NCBI RefSeq assembly: GCF_009914755.1
Contig: NC_060947.1
Reading direction: 5' to 3' (one strand)
Source of the DNA: the human T2T-CHM13v2.0 reference genome, Homo sapiens
DNA: 64,000 nucleotides
Shown here: piece after piece, positions 39,176 through 53,936 of the stretch
Layout of the letters: each line of letters begins with the position of its first letter
Position numbering within the stretch: the first letter of the stretch is position 1
Notes under the pieces: generated by a model
The model's database searches: none
Told to the model about the DNA's origin: nothing
Seen by the model: only the letters and a program-made list of their open reading frames with translations
Program-made: the position numbers and the translations under genes

Positions 39176-40109
39176 AATTGCAGCCTCGTTTGTGTGTGCA
39201 ATAAGCCTTCATTTCTATTCTTTTTTGAATATTTTACAGATGGGGTACAGTTGCTCTCTAGGGTTTTTTCTTTTATTTCTTTTCTTCATTAGTAACTTGT
39301 GATTCTGAAAAGAGGAAGTAGGAAATTACAACATTGTTTGTGCTAAAACTTGACATAGCATGATTAGAAAAACTGTCCTTGGGCACAATTGTGATGAAGA
39401 CATGAGTGGGTTCTCTCTTGTTTCATCAGGACAGCTGGTAAACTCCCACACTTGTGCTTCTAGCCTTTCTTTTGGCGGGGCATGAAAAGCTCAGCTACAA
39501 TAAATCATCGTCTAGCCTAAGACATTTATGAATAGATATGTTTTATGAGAGTAGCACATTCAGGATCTGATGAAGACATCTGCTTTTTATTCTCAGTGTG
39601 TCACATCTGGGTTAACTACTTTGCAAAAGTGTAGAAATGTTATCATTAAAAATGAATTTGGGTTCAATTGTGGCAAGAGCCACAGCTGAAAACAATGACG
39701 GGTTGACAGTTGCCTGAGAAAGCTAGGGCTTTTATTTATTTATTTTAAAGCTATGGCTAGGAGAGGGCTTAGGGACCAAAGGAAAATACTCTACAGTGAG
39801 ACTTGAACACTTTACTTAACTGTGATCCTGCTCCCGGGTCTGCTCAGGGCACTTTATAGGTATTTTGAGTCAGGGGGAAGTTCACATGCTGTCAATGTGT
39901 AAGGAAGGCTCTCTTTGATGAAATACAGTGTGGTGTTGACTTGATGAGCCCACTGTTTTTTCTTAAGGAAATACCTTTGTATTGACTGCATTTGAGGACA
40001 AGTAGTGACTCATAAACCTGGAGCAATATGAGGATCTAATAAAATCAACCCCTTTACCTCATACATTCCTAGTGGATGCTCCACAAGAGTTCTGGGGCTA
40101 CTCAGGGCA

Positions 40110-40639
40110 GGAAGCCATCCTCACAGGGTTCCCAAGAATTCCGGACAGAAATAGAGTCATCATTCAGCATTCCTCAGGCTGCACTTGCACCCACTTCCTT
40201 GTAACCACGAGCCCCATAGCACTAGATCCTGACCATTTGCATCTCTGTTGTTCCTATCGAAAGGATCTCTGATGTTAGAATCAGAGGCTTCTGTTTAAGA
40301 ATTGCTTCAGCAGATCCTGAATTCCAGTGAAACAGCTGAGGCCAACCAGTTTGAAGACCCCCCACAGAGGAACCCAATCAGCGTGAGAACACAGCTTCTT
40401 CATTGCCCTGTCCCATGACTTCACCCTGCACTCTTCTACCAATCAGTGATCTCCACGCTTCGGCCCACTCCAAAACCCTTAAAGCCCCTAGCCCCAAACT
40501 CCTTGGAGAGATGGATTGAAGGTTTCCTCTCATCTCCTCATTTGGCAGCCCCATGATTAAACCTCTTTCTCTGCTGCAACCCGGTGTCTCGGGGCAGTGA
40601 CTTGCCACATGCACGGGGCAATGGACTTATTAGGTTACA
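40110..40639 (+). mobile_element. MER66-like ERV1 solo LTR
   Basis: GAAGCCATCCTCACAGGGTT…GAAGACCCCCCACAGAGGAAC…ATTAAACCTCTTTC…GGTTACA. Confidence 0.75.
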
Positions 40640-40956
40640 GGAGAACCTTGACGTACAGAAATGTGGAAAAAGTTTACAAACCATTTAGGAACATCAAAAG
40701 GGACTTGTGGCTACATCACTGGGAGGACGTCCTATACAATCATATCCTCCCAAGTTGGCCTGACAACAGAACATCCATACCCCAATATACAGGCACTGGG
40801 GTCGGTTAACAGTGGAGGATGTGGAAGCAAAGGTGAAACCAAGCCAAGTGGCTGCACCACCCCTAAGCAGCACTGTGGCGGCCCCTGATAGCTTGGTTTG
40901 CCGTTGTCCCATGGATTTGGCTAGTAAGGAGATGATGAGCCAAGATAGATTCTGAC

Positions 40957-41293
40957 AGTGTAGGACTTACACATACATGTGTCTTCCAAAGCTCATACGC
41001 TGGAACGTAGTCCCCAAAGGGAATGTATTAAGAGATGGGGCCATTAGCAGGCGATTAGTGCCCTTATAAAAGGGCTCTGGGGACTAACTCGTCCCTTTTG
41101 GCTTCTGCCATGTTGAGGACCCAGTCACAAGTTGTCATTTTGGAAGCAGAGAGCAGTTCTTACTAGATACTGACTCTGCCAGTGCCTCAATCTTGGACTT
41201 TCCAGCCTCCAGAACTGTGAGAAATAATTGTCTGTTGTTTATAAATTACCACTCTCAGCTATTCTGTGATAGTATCACAAACAGATTAAGACA
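40957..41293 (+). mobile_element. MSTD/MLT1A-like MaLR LTR
   Basis: …CTTGGACTTTCCAGCCTCCAGAACTGTGAGAAATAA…ATTAAGACA. Confidence 0.8.
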
Positions 41294-42174
41294 TTCCCCC
41301 CTACCCACGCTGCCAGTTATTTGCCACAGACAAACCATCCCTTTCTCTCTTTTGAGAGGGAGTGATTGCATTGTTGTCAACACCTAGGCACTTGGCAGCT
41401 CTCAGTTACTTGGGGACCAAGGTGAAAAAGACTTAAACTTGACAAGTGAGTGAGAAAGAGGGATGAAGAGATAACATCTCCCCACCATCTGGCTTAGCCA
41501 GCTGAAGAATAAGATAGAAGGTCTTATTGCAGCTGAACATCTGGTTGAGCTCATGGACTCACCTGGAGATGGATGACTCTCCAGCAAGACCTGCATCAAA
41601 ACTGCTCTAATTGTTTTTATTAGTTTTCTCTGGCTCAGCTTAGTGGGTTGGGTTTTTTTTTTTTTATAATTGGGAAGCTCCTGCCTTAACTTCTGTGTCA
41701 GTCATAGTGATAAAATATGTTGAGTATGCCCTACAATAATGATGTATACATGCTTAAGATGCAAATTGCATCTGTGTGCATGAGATGGAGGTCAAACCCA
41801 AGGGTGTCCTCTCTTGAACTTCCACCGTAAAACATCAGACCCCTAGGGCTTCCTCGTGCTTGACCCCTGAGGGTTCACCAAATCATCGCAGAAGAGTCTG
41901 CTTGGATTTTATCCTTACTTAGATACTTGTAGATGCTTTATTATTGCTATTAGCTATTTATTAATCATTTTCTTTTAGCACATTATTTTAATAATTTTTA
42001 TATTGCTCCATTCTGTTACCATGTCTTCAAGAGATAAAGAGAGCATCAAAAGATGATTTGAATCTCCACAGTGAAAAGGCACAGTGAGTAGCTATGAACA
42101 TCAACCTTAATCCCAAACAATAAACACTGAGATATGCTGTGGCAATATTATAAGATTTTAAAGAAACAAACAAA

Positions 42175-42349
42175 AATCCTCCCCTAAAGCCTCCAGAAAG
42201 GAATGCAGCCCCACCAACACTTTGATTTCAGTCCCGTGAAGATTGTTTTTGGACTTTTGACCTTCAGAACTAGAAGATAATTAATCTGATTCGTTTTCAG
42301 CCACTGAGTTTGTGGTCATTTGGTATAGCAGGAATGGGAAACCAACACA
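42175..42349 (+). mobile_element. MLT1D-like LTR 3' fragment
   Basis: GCCTCCAGAAAGGAATGCAGCCC…AGCCACTGAGTTTGTGGTCATTTG…AACACA. Confidence 0.7.
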
Positions 42350-43799
42350 GTGTCCATTTTCTTTTCAGTTGCTTTGTGTAGTTTTGTGAAAAGATTTATA
42401 GAGATTTTTTTAAAACCTCACCATTGTCATCTTGTTTTGTCTAGGATGTTGTTTTCTAAATTACATTTTATTTAAGCTTTAGTGCACTGGACTAAGTTGA
42501 CTGAGAATTATTAAATATATTTTCCTCCCCCAAACTGTTATTGGAAGCAATATTTTATAGGAACGAACACAGGGTTCATGATACTGGCTCTTAAACAAAA
42601 TGTGTGTTTTTATAGAAAATATTCTGGGCTTGCTCATTGTTTATAGCAAGGGAAAAGGAAACTTGTGTTCCATTTTTCACTCCCTTTTACTGACACATTT
42701 TTTATGGATATTGAAGCTATTGCTGGTGTCTTCCCTGTAAGTGACACATTTGTACTTTTCAAAAACCATTTTAGAGGTATCAAAGATATGAGCTAGTGAA
42801 AACCACCTGCTCATGAGCAAGAAGAAATGAAGCACATTTGCCTCCATTTTTCGGGATTGCAATGTATGGACCATTCATTGAAACCATCTTAAGACGTGGA
42901 TAAATTTGAGGACTTCTGGAAAATGTCTTTTGCAATGTAGTGAATGTGGATGCTCAATTGATGATGTAAAAAAATAGACTCATATAATACAGTGAAATGA
43001 GCTAATTAAATCTGTGACATTTATTGTGGCACAGATGTAATAGATAAAATCTTTTTTTTCATATTCTTCTTAACTTCTTTTCTTATGGTTAAGCCAGTTT
43101 TGCTTAAGGCTTAAAAATCAACACCTCTAAAACCTCTGGCCTGTCTTCTTATTTGCTGTAATAGGACACTGTCTTCACTACACCCTGTCAAAGTTCTGGT
43201 GCCTTAGAGAATTTTGGGGCAAGGATGGCCTGCTCTCCCTGACCTTCCCTTGTGACTCTCATGAAAAGCATGTGGCTGACAGTGATGTGTGACCCATAGG
43301 AATAGTCATCTGGAACTGGGAAGTCTTCTGCACAATTCATGTCACTTTTCTAATTGTGATAGAAATCTCATATGTGCATCAGAAAAATAACTTTAGGACA
43401 TGGTGCTGAGCCTAGATTCTAAAATCATAACTCAAATCACACCAAATGCAGCTTGGGGACTAGAGTACAGATTAAACTCATGCCAGTAGAGCAAGCTTTG
43501 GGCATTGGGTTCACCACTGAAGATTCAATCACCATTGAAATGCTTACTCCCGAGTCTGGTGTCCAAAGTATTCTCAGATCTGAGACATTAACATGAAACA
43601 TATTTCTCTCTCCCTCTCTCTTTCACTGCATATGTTTTTGCAGTGCTTTCTAAACTCATCCAAAGACTCTATCATTAATCCTTTTTCCATCAGTCCAATG
43701 GAGTAGGCATGCAAAGGCATCTTATTACAGTAGAGATTGGAGGAAGAAGGTCCAGAAAGGATTCAGAGTTATATTGTAGTCAATATATTGTGATATATG

Positions 43800-43802
<3 letters not shown>

Positions 43803-43865
<63 letters not shown>

Positions 43866-43885
43866 TAGTAGTAGAAGTAGTAGTA
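43803..43885. repeat. Compound microsatellite (TC)n(TG)n(TAG)n
   Basis: Directly visible in the sequence. Confidence 0.95.
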
Positions 43886-45939
43886 AATTAGTGATAGAAT
43901 GATTGAAGGCACGCTGGACTGATTCACCTCAATCCTCTGCAGAATGATACAGCCTTCCTTACCGTAAAAAACGTAACTTTTTTTTTTTGCCATACATTTA
44001 GGGCTCCATCGGTAATTATTAAGCAGCAAATAGACAATTGCCTGGAGAGCCCTCCCTAGAGCCCACCTTCCTGCCATTATTTCTCCCTCCCTTATTCCAT
44101 TAGCCGTATGGGAAATGATCTGAGCTCTCCCAGCTAGCCTTCCTGGTTCCAGCTCTGTCCTCTGTCCCAACCACTACTTGTTGCTTTCCCTGCACATGCC
44201 AGGGTGTGCGGGCTCTGACTGCTTCTCTCTTCCCTTAGCACAAATCACCCTCATCCAATGTCTTTTGAGTTGAGATTTCATTTGCATGGGGCAAGTCCAG
44301 AAGGAAGCTCATTGTAAAATATTTGAGAGTCAGGTGTGTGTGTCTCATACTTTGGTGCATCCTCATGGCATATCTGTTATGATACTTTGAATCTAGTAGA
44401 TGTTTGAAGATTATTAATTGGTTCCTTGAATTAGCACAACTAAGCAATGAACACAAGAGGAAACCTCATCATTTCAAATATCGGCATTGTGGAGATCTTT
44501 TTGGGTTTTCTCTTGCTACTTTGGCATGCTTACAGCTCACACTGCATGCCTTTGGACATGCACAACCCCTGAAACTACTCACCAAGACATAATCAAACTG
44601 GTTGTGTGTTTAAGCACACAGCTGCCTAAATATCATGTGGATATTATTGAGATTTTATTATCCAGATGTAATGGGGAAATATCCTAATGGAAAACACTTT
44701 ACTCATTTTCTGTGAAAGGTGTAACTGTTTTGAAGATTGATTGGGCTGACCAATAAGCATAGAAGGGATTACAGAAAGGCAACCATTTGTAGAAACCCAT
44801 ACTGATAAGTACCAGGTGAACAACATGTTTATTAATCCCACTTAAAAAAAAATGTATCCAGCTTTGGCCAGAGGTTTTCCAGTTTGTCTTCCCATCTGAT
44901 GCTCAAAAACACTGTGTAAGATATCATTATAAAAATAATTATAGTCACACTACAACTGGCAATGGTACACAGAATTGCCTTGCAGAAGGTCATGCAGTTA
45001 GTAAATTGTAGAACAAGATTATCACCAAGCCTTCTGACTCCAAATTCGGTGTCTGTTATATATCACCCTGGCTACCAAATTCCAGGACCCATGGAATCTC
45101 CCAGAACCTATGGATAGACATTAGGGAGGCTGTAAACACTCGGAAACTATATGTGCACATCCATAATTACATCTTTCTCAGGGAACACACCTTGATATTT
45201 CAAATTTCTTAAAAGGTTTTATGACGTTTACAGACCATCAGAGATAAAAAGCATAGGAAATGAAAACTATAAAACTTAAAAGAGGCAGCTTTCCATCTTT
45301 TCTGTTAGAATACATGCTTATCACTCCCACAGAATGTACCCTCAGAAAAAATCTCTGTTTTACACTAGTGGCATATTGATTTCTTTATTGATGGCAATAG
45401 GGGTAGTGATAATGAAAGGTGATAGAGTTTCTTTAGTTATATGCAAATATAATATATAAGTTGTGTTGCATTTCCAGTAGCCAAATATTAGATAATGATT
45501 TGTCCTGATAAAAATCACTAATAAGATTCATTTGTCTCTCTCCAAACACCAGCTTCTCAATATGAAAAGGCATCTCTGAACTACTGTTACTGACTTAGAA
45601 ATATTGTTCACTGGGGATGGCGTCATCATACTGCAACCAGTAAGAATGGCGTCACTCCTAGAGGAACTGTTCATACAGAGGAATCCTGCACAAAGCACAC
45701 CCCTGGTATTGGGCAGTGCACAATTGCACAACTTCACACAGTGACCCTGACTCTGTGAGCAAAAATGGAAAACAATATCAGGGCAGGAATCTGAGAGCAG
45801 GCGAGCTCAGGAATAAGAAGCTAAACACTGGCTACGTATCAGATAAAGACTGGACAATACACAAGTGTCAAAGGACAAGATAAATGAATGACTGACTAGA
45901 CAGTTGTCAGGCTGCCTGTGAAGGTAGGATGCTCTCCTT

Positions 45940-47300
<1,361 letters not shown>

Positions 47301-47565
47301 AAGAATAAATACCTTGAGTGATTTTCAAAGTTTATATTGTCAATTTTTTAAAAGGCATACACTGTATAATTTTATTTATATGTGGTATCTCGAGTGGGCA
47401 AACTCCTAGAAACAGAAAGTGGCACCCTAGGGGGCTACTAGGGTGTGGGGCAGGGGAAATTTGGAATTGTTTAACGGGTACACAGTTTCATTTTTGCAAG
47501 ATGAAAAAGTTGTAGAAATTGGATTTACAACAATATGAATATGCTAAATACTGAACTGTATACTT

Positions 47566-47723
47566 TTTTTTTTTGAGACAGAGTCTCGCTAATTTTTTGT
47601 ATTTTTGGTAGAGGCGGGGTTTCACAGTGTTGGCCAGGATGGTCTCAATTTCCTGACCTTGTGATCTGCCCGCCTCCACCTCCCAAAGGCTGGGATTACA
47701 GGCGTGAGCCACCACATCTGGCC
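47566..47723 (-). mobile_element. AluS with almost the whole right arm deleted
   Basis: Left arm plus linker joined to GCGAGACTCTGTCTC and the A tail; TSD TGAACTGTATACTT on both sides. Confidence 0.9.
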
Positions 47724-49154
47724 TGAACTGTATACTTAAAGATGGTTAAGAGGGTAAAAATGGTATGTTCATTTGTGATAAGATTAAATCAATTTAACAA
47801 TAAAATAGAAACAAATGAATCAATAAATCGGTCTACATATTCATTGTAGAGTTCCTGAAATAGAAATTATTTATTATTCTTATGAGACCCAAAACCAGGT
47901 AAAATGGATTATATATACATATAAGTGTTATATATACATATCATTGTAAGTTTTGTATATACATATAATTGTAAGTTTTGCACTAATGTCACAGTTTCCT
48001 TGGAGGAATTTTTAATAATGTGGTTTAGTATTTTCTTCTTAAGAAGAAACTAAAGATTTATTTTTGCACATTACGTGTCACCTGAATAAGTGTTGCAAAT
48101 GTAATATGATTTCAACATGAAATAGCCTAACAGACTTCTCACCTGCCTATTACCTTAAAAAATAACCAAACTGAACACAAGAAAATTAGATTGCTGAAAA
48201 CCTTCACTCTGAAGTGAAGAACCTGAGTTGTTCCTGCAGGTGGCACTGTCCGACAATAAAAAAGACCAATCTATGAACTGCCCTGTTAAAAATTCAATAC
48301 TAGCCTTCTTGACCTAATGTTTAAACATATATTTTCTATAGTATAAAAATGAACTTTTTTGTTTGTGGTAATATCTATTAACAACTGTTCTTGTCCTTTA
48401 TTCAAATATGGATATTTAACTTTTACTATTGAACATTAGATTGTTATTTTTAGTATTTTTTAAAGGTATTCAGTTAGTGAAATAATATCTTAGATTTCTG
48501 GAGTTTATATATTTATCATTATTATTAATTTTCACCAAACCAAAAAATCCTGAATCATCCTGAATGCAGCTAAATTCTTCCTTTCTAGGTAAAGACCCTT
48601 GAGTGATACCTGACCACACATACTTGGTCACCCTGTGGGTGTGTCAGAAGCACCCCAGTCCTTCTCTTTGGACAGGCACTGGGGCTTTTCTTGAGTTAGA
48701 TAAGAGGAAATTCCTTGGCAAATGGTTCACTTTGTAGCACCTCACAGGATTTAGGAGCTTAACTCTATGCCTGATACCTTGGCCCCTGTCCTCTTGGAAG
48801 AACCAAGGTGGAAATATTGTTGCCAAATAGACTATTCACTTCAAACAGAAAAATAATGCTTGTTACTTTCTGTCTCCTCTGTTGACATTCGTATTCAAAA
48901 ATGACTTTTCCTGTTCAATTAAAGTAGGGAGAATGAGTTCTTAAGAGTTGAGAGATTCCATAAACTCAGGGAAAGCCTTCATTTTATTGACTCTTTTCAA
49001 TTGTTTCTCAATGTCTTAATTCACTGGATCCATGCAAGGGTGTGTAATGTGCACTTTCAACAAAAAGCAGCCTGAGAAGCAGGCATCTAATGGCCTGGTG
49101 CTAGTGCTCTGTTGCCTTTTTACAACTGTGTCAACACAAGGCTTCCTCTATGCC

Positions 49155-49270
49155 CTCCAGCCTTCATTCTGAGCACCCAAGCCTTTGTGCTGGGTGGCTT
49201 CTTCTTTCCTGACTCCAGCCTTCATTCTGAGCACCCAAGCCTTTGTGCTGGGTAGCTTGTTCTTTCCTCA
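49155..49270. repeat. 58-bp tandem duplication
   Basis: Copies at 49155-49212 and 49213-49270, with 3 mismatches. Confidence 0.95.
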
Positions 49271-50259
49271 CTCAACATACATCACAAAAATACTTCATGT
49301 GTCGAGGCCACTTTTAAAGTGTTTAACTTACCCTCCCAATCCTCTTCTGCAATTTATTTCAAGATACAGACTCGATGAATTTAATGTATAGCATGCCTCC
49401 TGAACCTCATTTAAAACTCAGTCTTTTAAGGGTACTTGTGACTTGGTTTGACTCTTCTGAGCATTAGAATCTTGCCCCCCATTATTGAGAAGGTTCATCT
49501 TTTCAGGTACCTCTCTCTATAATAATTTAAAGAGCATTCTATAAAATCTAGCTTTACAAATACAACAAAATGTTGAGGATAATGAAGCCCACACTCTATA
49601 ATAAAACTCAATAGCTTGCCAAATGAATATTCAGACACTTGTATCAATATTTTCTAGATATGCAACAGATTCTATAAGGTATACAACAACTTGAAATAAG
49701 ACTCCAGGTTCCACTTACTGTTGAGATGGAGACAAATCCTGCCAAGCAACAAAAGTTTGTGCTTGCACTGCTTCCTGTTTGGTTGTGAATTAATATTGGT
49801 TGGGAGCAAACATTGGAGCACCTATTTGCACTGCATGAAGACCTCGTAGGGAAACACCTTTAAAATTCCTCTAGAAATACTAGCTCTACTTTAATCAATT
49901 TATGCTTTTTCAATTTGCATTCAGTGCCCTCTGGCTTATAAAGGCAAATACTCAACAGCCACGCCTGTCATTTTCTAAATCATTTCCATGTAGAGGCTTT
50001 GGAAGGGATCAACCCACCCTCATTTATAACATGCAAGAAGGAAGTGTACCTCATATACCTTCTTGACTATATCTTTATGGACCCACAAAAAGGCCTTCAT
50101 TGACCCAGAAATGGAAAAAAAAAATCAAACTAATAGCCATATGTGAGTGCTTCATTTCAGACTCTAATAATGTGAACTTCTAGAACCATGTAGCATGAAG
50201 TGGGAAGTGGGGCATGGGTTAAGGATTAGAAAGGAAATAGAGTCTCAGAAATAAAGCAC

Positions 50260-50620
50260 TGTTATAGTCTGAATGTTTATGTCTTCTAAAATTTCTGTGT
50301 TGAAATCCTTATTCCCAGTATGATGGTTTCAAGAGGTGAGGCCTTTGAGGGTTGATTAGGTATAAGGGTGGGGCCCTCATGAATGGGATTAGTGCCCTCA
50401 TATAAGAGATCCCAGAGAGTTCCCTTGCCCCTTCCACCATGTGAGGACACAGCAAGAAGGTGCTGTCAATGAACCAGGAAGTAGGTACTCACCAAACACT
50501 GAATCTGCCAAGTCTCGATCTTGGACTTCCAGCCTCCAGAACTGTGAGCAATAAATGTCTTTTGTTTACAAGCCACCCAGGCTACAGTATTTTCTTATAG
50601 CAGACCTACTGACTAAAATA
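50260..50620 (+). mobile_element. MLT1A0-like MaLR solo LTR
   Basis: TGTTATAGTCTGAATGTT…CCATGTGAGGACACAGCAAGAAGG…GACTAAAATA. Confidence 0.85.
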
Positions 50621-51448
50621 GGACCTTCCATAATTTTTTTTTTCCAGGACAGCAGATGGAAAAAAAAAAGCCTATCAAAGAAATCCAAAAGATTAGAGAT
50701 TATGTAATAGTCTGTGAAGACACTTCTGAAAGCATGGTCTGCATATGGCTGAGGTGCAGTGAGCTAAGTTTTTAACATGACTCTGACTGCCCTCTCTAGA
50801 TTGCATTGACCCTGGGCCACCTGGAACCAGGGGACTTCTTCCGCTACCCTCTAGCAGGGAGCTGCATGCAAACTCAGCTGCCCATGACAGGAGGGCCTGT
50901 AACAACCCCTTGGGTTCCAGAGTCTCTAGGTGCCCAGCAGCTATAAATGGCTGCTGACCAGTTCCAGGTGACCAGACAGCCAAGAAGTTTGTGTGTCATT
51001 TCACTGATAAGGTTGCCCACATGCTTGTCCTATACACAAAGGAGAGCAATCAGGTGGCCGGGTGTCCAGCCTAGACCCTCATGGTGTGTCCAGCCATGCT
51101 GTCCTCTGCACACCTCTCTGAAGGATGAGGATGGACAGAAACAGTGGTTTCTCTTCTCTCATTGACCTTGGCTTTTGAATGTACCCCAGTCTCCAATGAA
51201 AGCTATCCCTTCACCCATGCTGTGTCATTGTTGGATTTCTTGTAAATGCTGATGCAGCAGAGAGACTGACCATGCAGTCACTCATCCTGCCCCAGTTACC
51301 TAAGTTAGAAGCAACCAGAGCTCTTCTAAAAGCACAAATTTCTAATGCTCAGGCACAACCTATTGAATCAGGATGAGCCTGAATTTTTAAACAGGTTCTC
51401 AGGTGAGTTCTACCACAAAATGACTTTGAAAACTAGTGATCCAAGACA

Positions 51449-51624
51449 TTGTTTCTCAAACCATTAGATGACCTGAAAGGCTTGTGAAACAGATTGCTGG
51501 GGCCCAGACTCAGAGTTTCTGATTCCGTTGATCTGGGGTGGAGTTCTGTAATTTGCATTTTATCCAAGCTTTGGGGTGATGCTTTTACTGCTGATCCTGG
51601 GAACTAAATTTAGATAACCACTAG
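51449..51624. mobile_element. MER5A hAT-Charlie MITE
   Basis: TTTCTCAAAC…CAGATTGCTGGG…GAGTTTCTGATTC…ATTTGCATTT…AACCACTAG. Confidence 0.75.
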
Positions 51625-52154
51625 CCTAAGTCTTAGACTCTAAGAGAAAAACAGTGCTAATGTAGTCACAGTAACCTTTGAGGAAGCTAAGAATTTTTTC
51701 TGGTGTCTACATTCCTAACATAAGAGAAGAAAAAAATGAAAATACATATTCTGAAGCAACATACTTCTGGCTTCCTTACCAATATATCTGGAAAATGGGG
51801 GAAAAGAGACAAAGATAGAATGGCACAGTAAACATTTTTTTGGGAGAATGTGACAATATGATACCATGATCACTACAACTGAAAGTTTTGTACATGTGGC
51901 ATAAACCAAGAACAAAGCAGTATTTAGTAGATTTCCAAATATTTCATACATCGGGAATGTGTAAGTGCTATAAAACTGCAATATAAAGGCACAAGTTATT
52001 TAACAGAGTACACTACATTTCCCCTCTTCAATAAAGATCTAAATACAAATGTAAATGTCAGAGTTATGTAATCCATGTACATAATTCCTTTTCCATTTAT
52101 TCACTCATATTTAATGAACCTTGAGATGCATAACTTTTAAAAACATGGATAATG

Positions 52155-52371
<217 letters not shown>

Positions 52372-52544
52372 TTATTTAATAGCCACTTACCATGTCTGTT
52401 CCTACTTGTATTTAAGTTCAGTGACATTCAGTGGTAAGATATTTGCTCAGTAAATGAACAAATGATTAACAGTGTACATTATGTAGTTTACAAAAATTGA
52501 AGGAATAAGGGGGAAGAAAAGGAGTACCCATCTCTCTTTTCTTC

Positions 52545-53370
52545 AAATGGTTTTATTGTGATAGAGTGTGTATGCCACTTAATTCACTCATTTAAATTGC
52601 ACAATTCTGTAGTTTTTGGTATTGTGTTAGTCTGTTTTCACACTGCTATAAAGAAATATCCAAGACTGGGTAATTTATAAAGGAAAGAGGTTTAATTGAC
52701 TCACAGTTCTGCATGACTGGGAAGCCCTTAGGAAACTTACAATTATGGCAGAAGATGAAGGGGAACTGAGTACCTTCTTCACATGGCAGCAGGAGAGAAA
52801 AGAGTGAGTGAAGGAGGAACTTGCCAAACACTTATAAAACCATCAGATCTTGTGATAACTCACTATCATGAGACCAGCATGGGGGAAACCATCACCGTGA
52901 TCCAATCACCTCCCACTATGTTCCCCCCTCAACACCTGGGATTTATAATTCAAGATGAGATTTGGGTGGGGACACAAAGCCTAACCATATCAGGTATATT
53001 CACAGACATTGTGAATATTACCACGGTCAACTGTAGAATATTTTTATCATGTCAGAAAGAAATCTCATCTCTTTTAGCCATCATCCTCAGTGATCCTAGC
53101 CTTCTCCCAGCCCCTGGCAACCACTAATTTACTTTGTTTCTATTGGTTTCTCTATTCAAGATATTTCATATGAATGTAATAATATACTATGTGGCATTTT
53201 TATGCCTTGCTTCTATTAGTCAGGAAAATGGTTTTAGGTCCATCCATGTTATAGCATCTATCAGTAGTTCATTCTTTTGTGGCTGAAAAGTGATGATTAT
53301 GTAGTTACATGACATTTTGTTAATGGGCATTTGGGTTGTTTTCAATCATTAGCTGTTATGAAGTACCTCC
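52545..53370 (-). mobile_element. L1MB-like 3' fragment interrupted by MSTA
   Basis: L1M 3' UTR motifs on both sides of the MSTA. Confidence 0.75.
52623..52992 (-). mobile_element. MSTA MaLR solo LTR
   Basis: TGTGTTAGTCTG…CCTAACCATATCA; TSD GGTAT at 52618-52622 and 52993-52997. Confidence 0.92.
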
Positions 53371-53936
53371 CTTATTCAGTGGTAAGATATTTTTATTGTA
53401 ATAATTTTAAATGAAAATATTTTCTATTACTTTCTAAACTCTATAGTGTGGGTAAATTGAACATCATTTTTTCTTGAGTCATGCGGTTTTATTGGGGTTG
53501 ACTTGGTACCCCCTTAAAAATATATATGCATAACTTTGAAACAATAATTTATAGGTATACATATGTAATTTTGAAATGTCATACTATTCATACATTATTT
53601 TGAAGCAGTCACCAACTTACAAAAAATTTGAGTATAGAATACAAAGAGCTTTCTTTTTTCCTAAAACATCTGAGGGTAAGTTTCCACTCTGATGCTTCAT
53701 ATCCTGAATATTTTAGCATGCATTTCCCTAGAAGAGGATTATTATACACAGACACAGTCAAGACCTAAAAATCAGGAAATGGGCACTGATGTATTTCTAC
53801 CTTCTAATGGTCAGACTGCCTTTAAATGCTTTGAGGCAGGAGGAGCCAGTTAGAATTATGCATTGCCATGAGTTTTCACGTCTCTTAGTCTCCTTCAGTC
53901 TGATTTCTCATCTTTCTTTGACTTTCCTGGTCGTAG

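Noticed and set aside
41590-41640. Minus-strand resemblance to SYCP3 exon 7 (SQRKLIKTIR)
   Set aside because: It needs several gaps, has no upstream acceptor and only a weak donor; probably chance.
50930-50975. TATA-box promoter (CTATAAATGG)
   Set aside because: An isolated motif, with no supporting exon or CpG island that I can identify.
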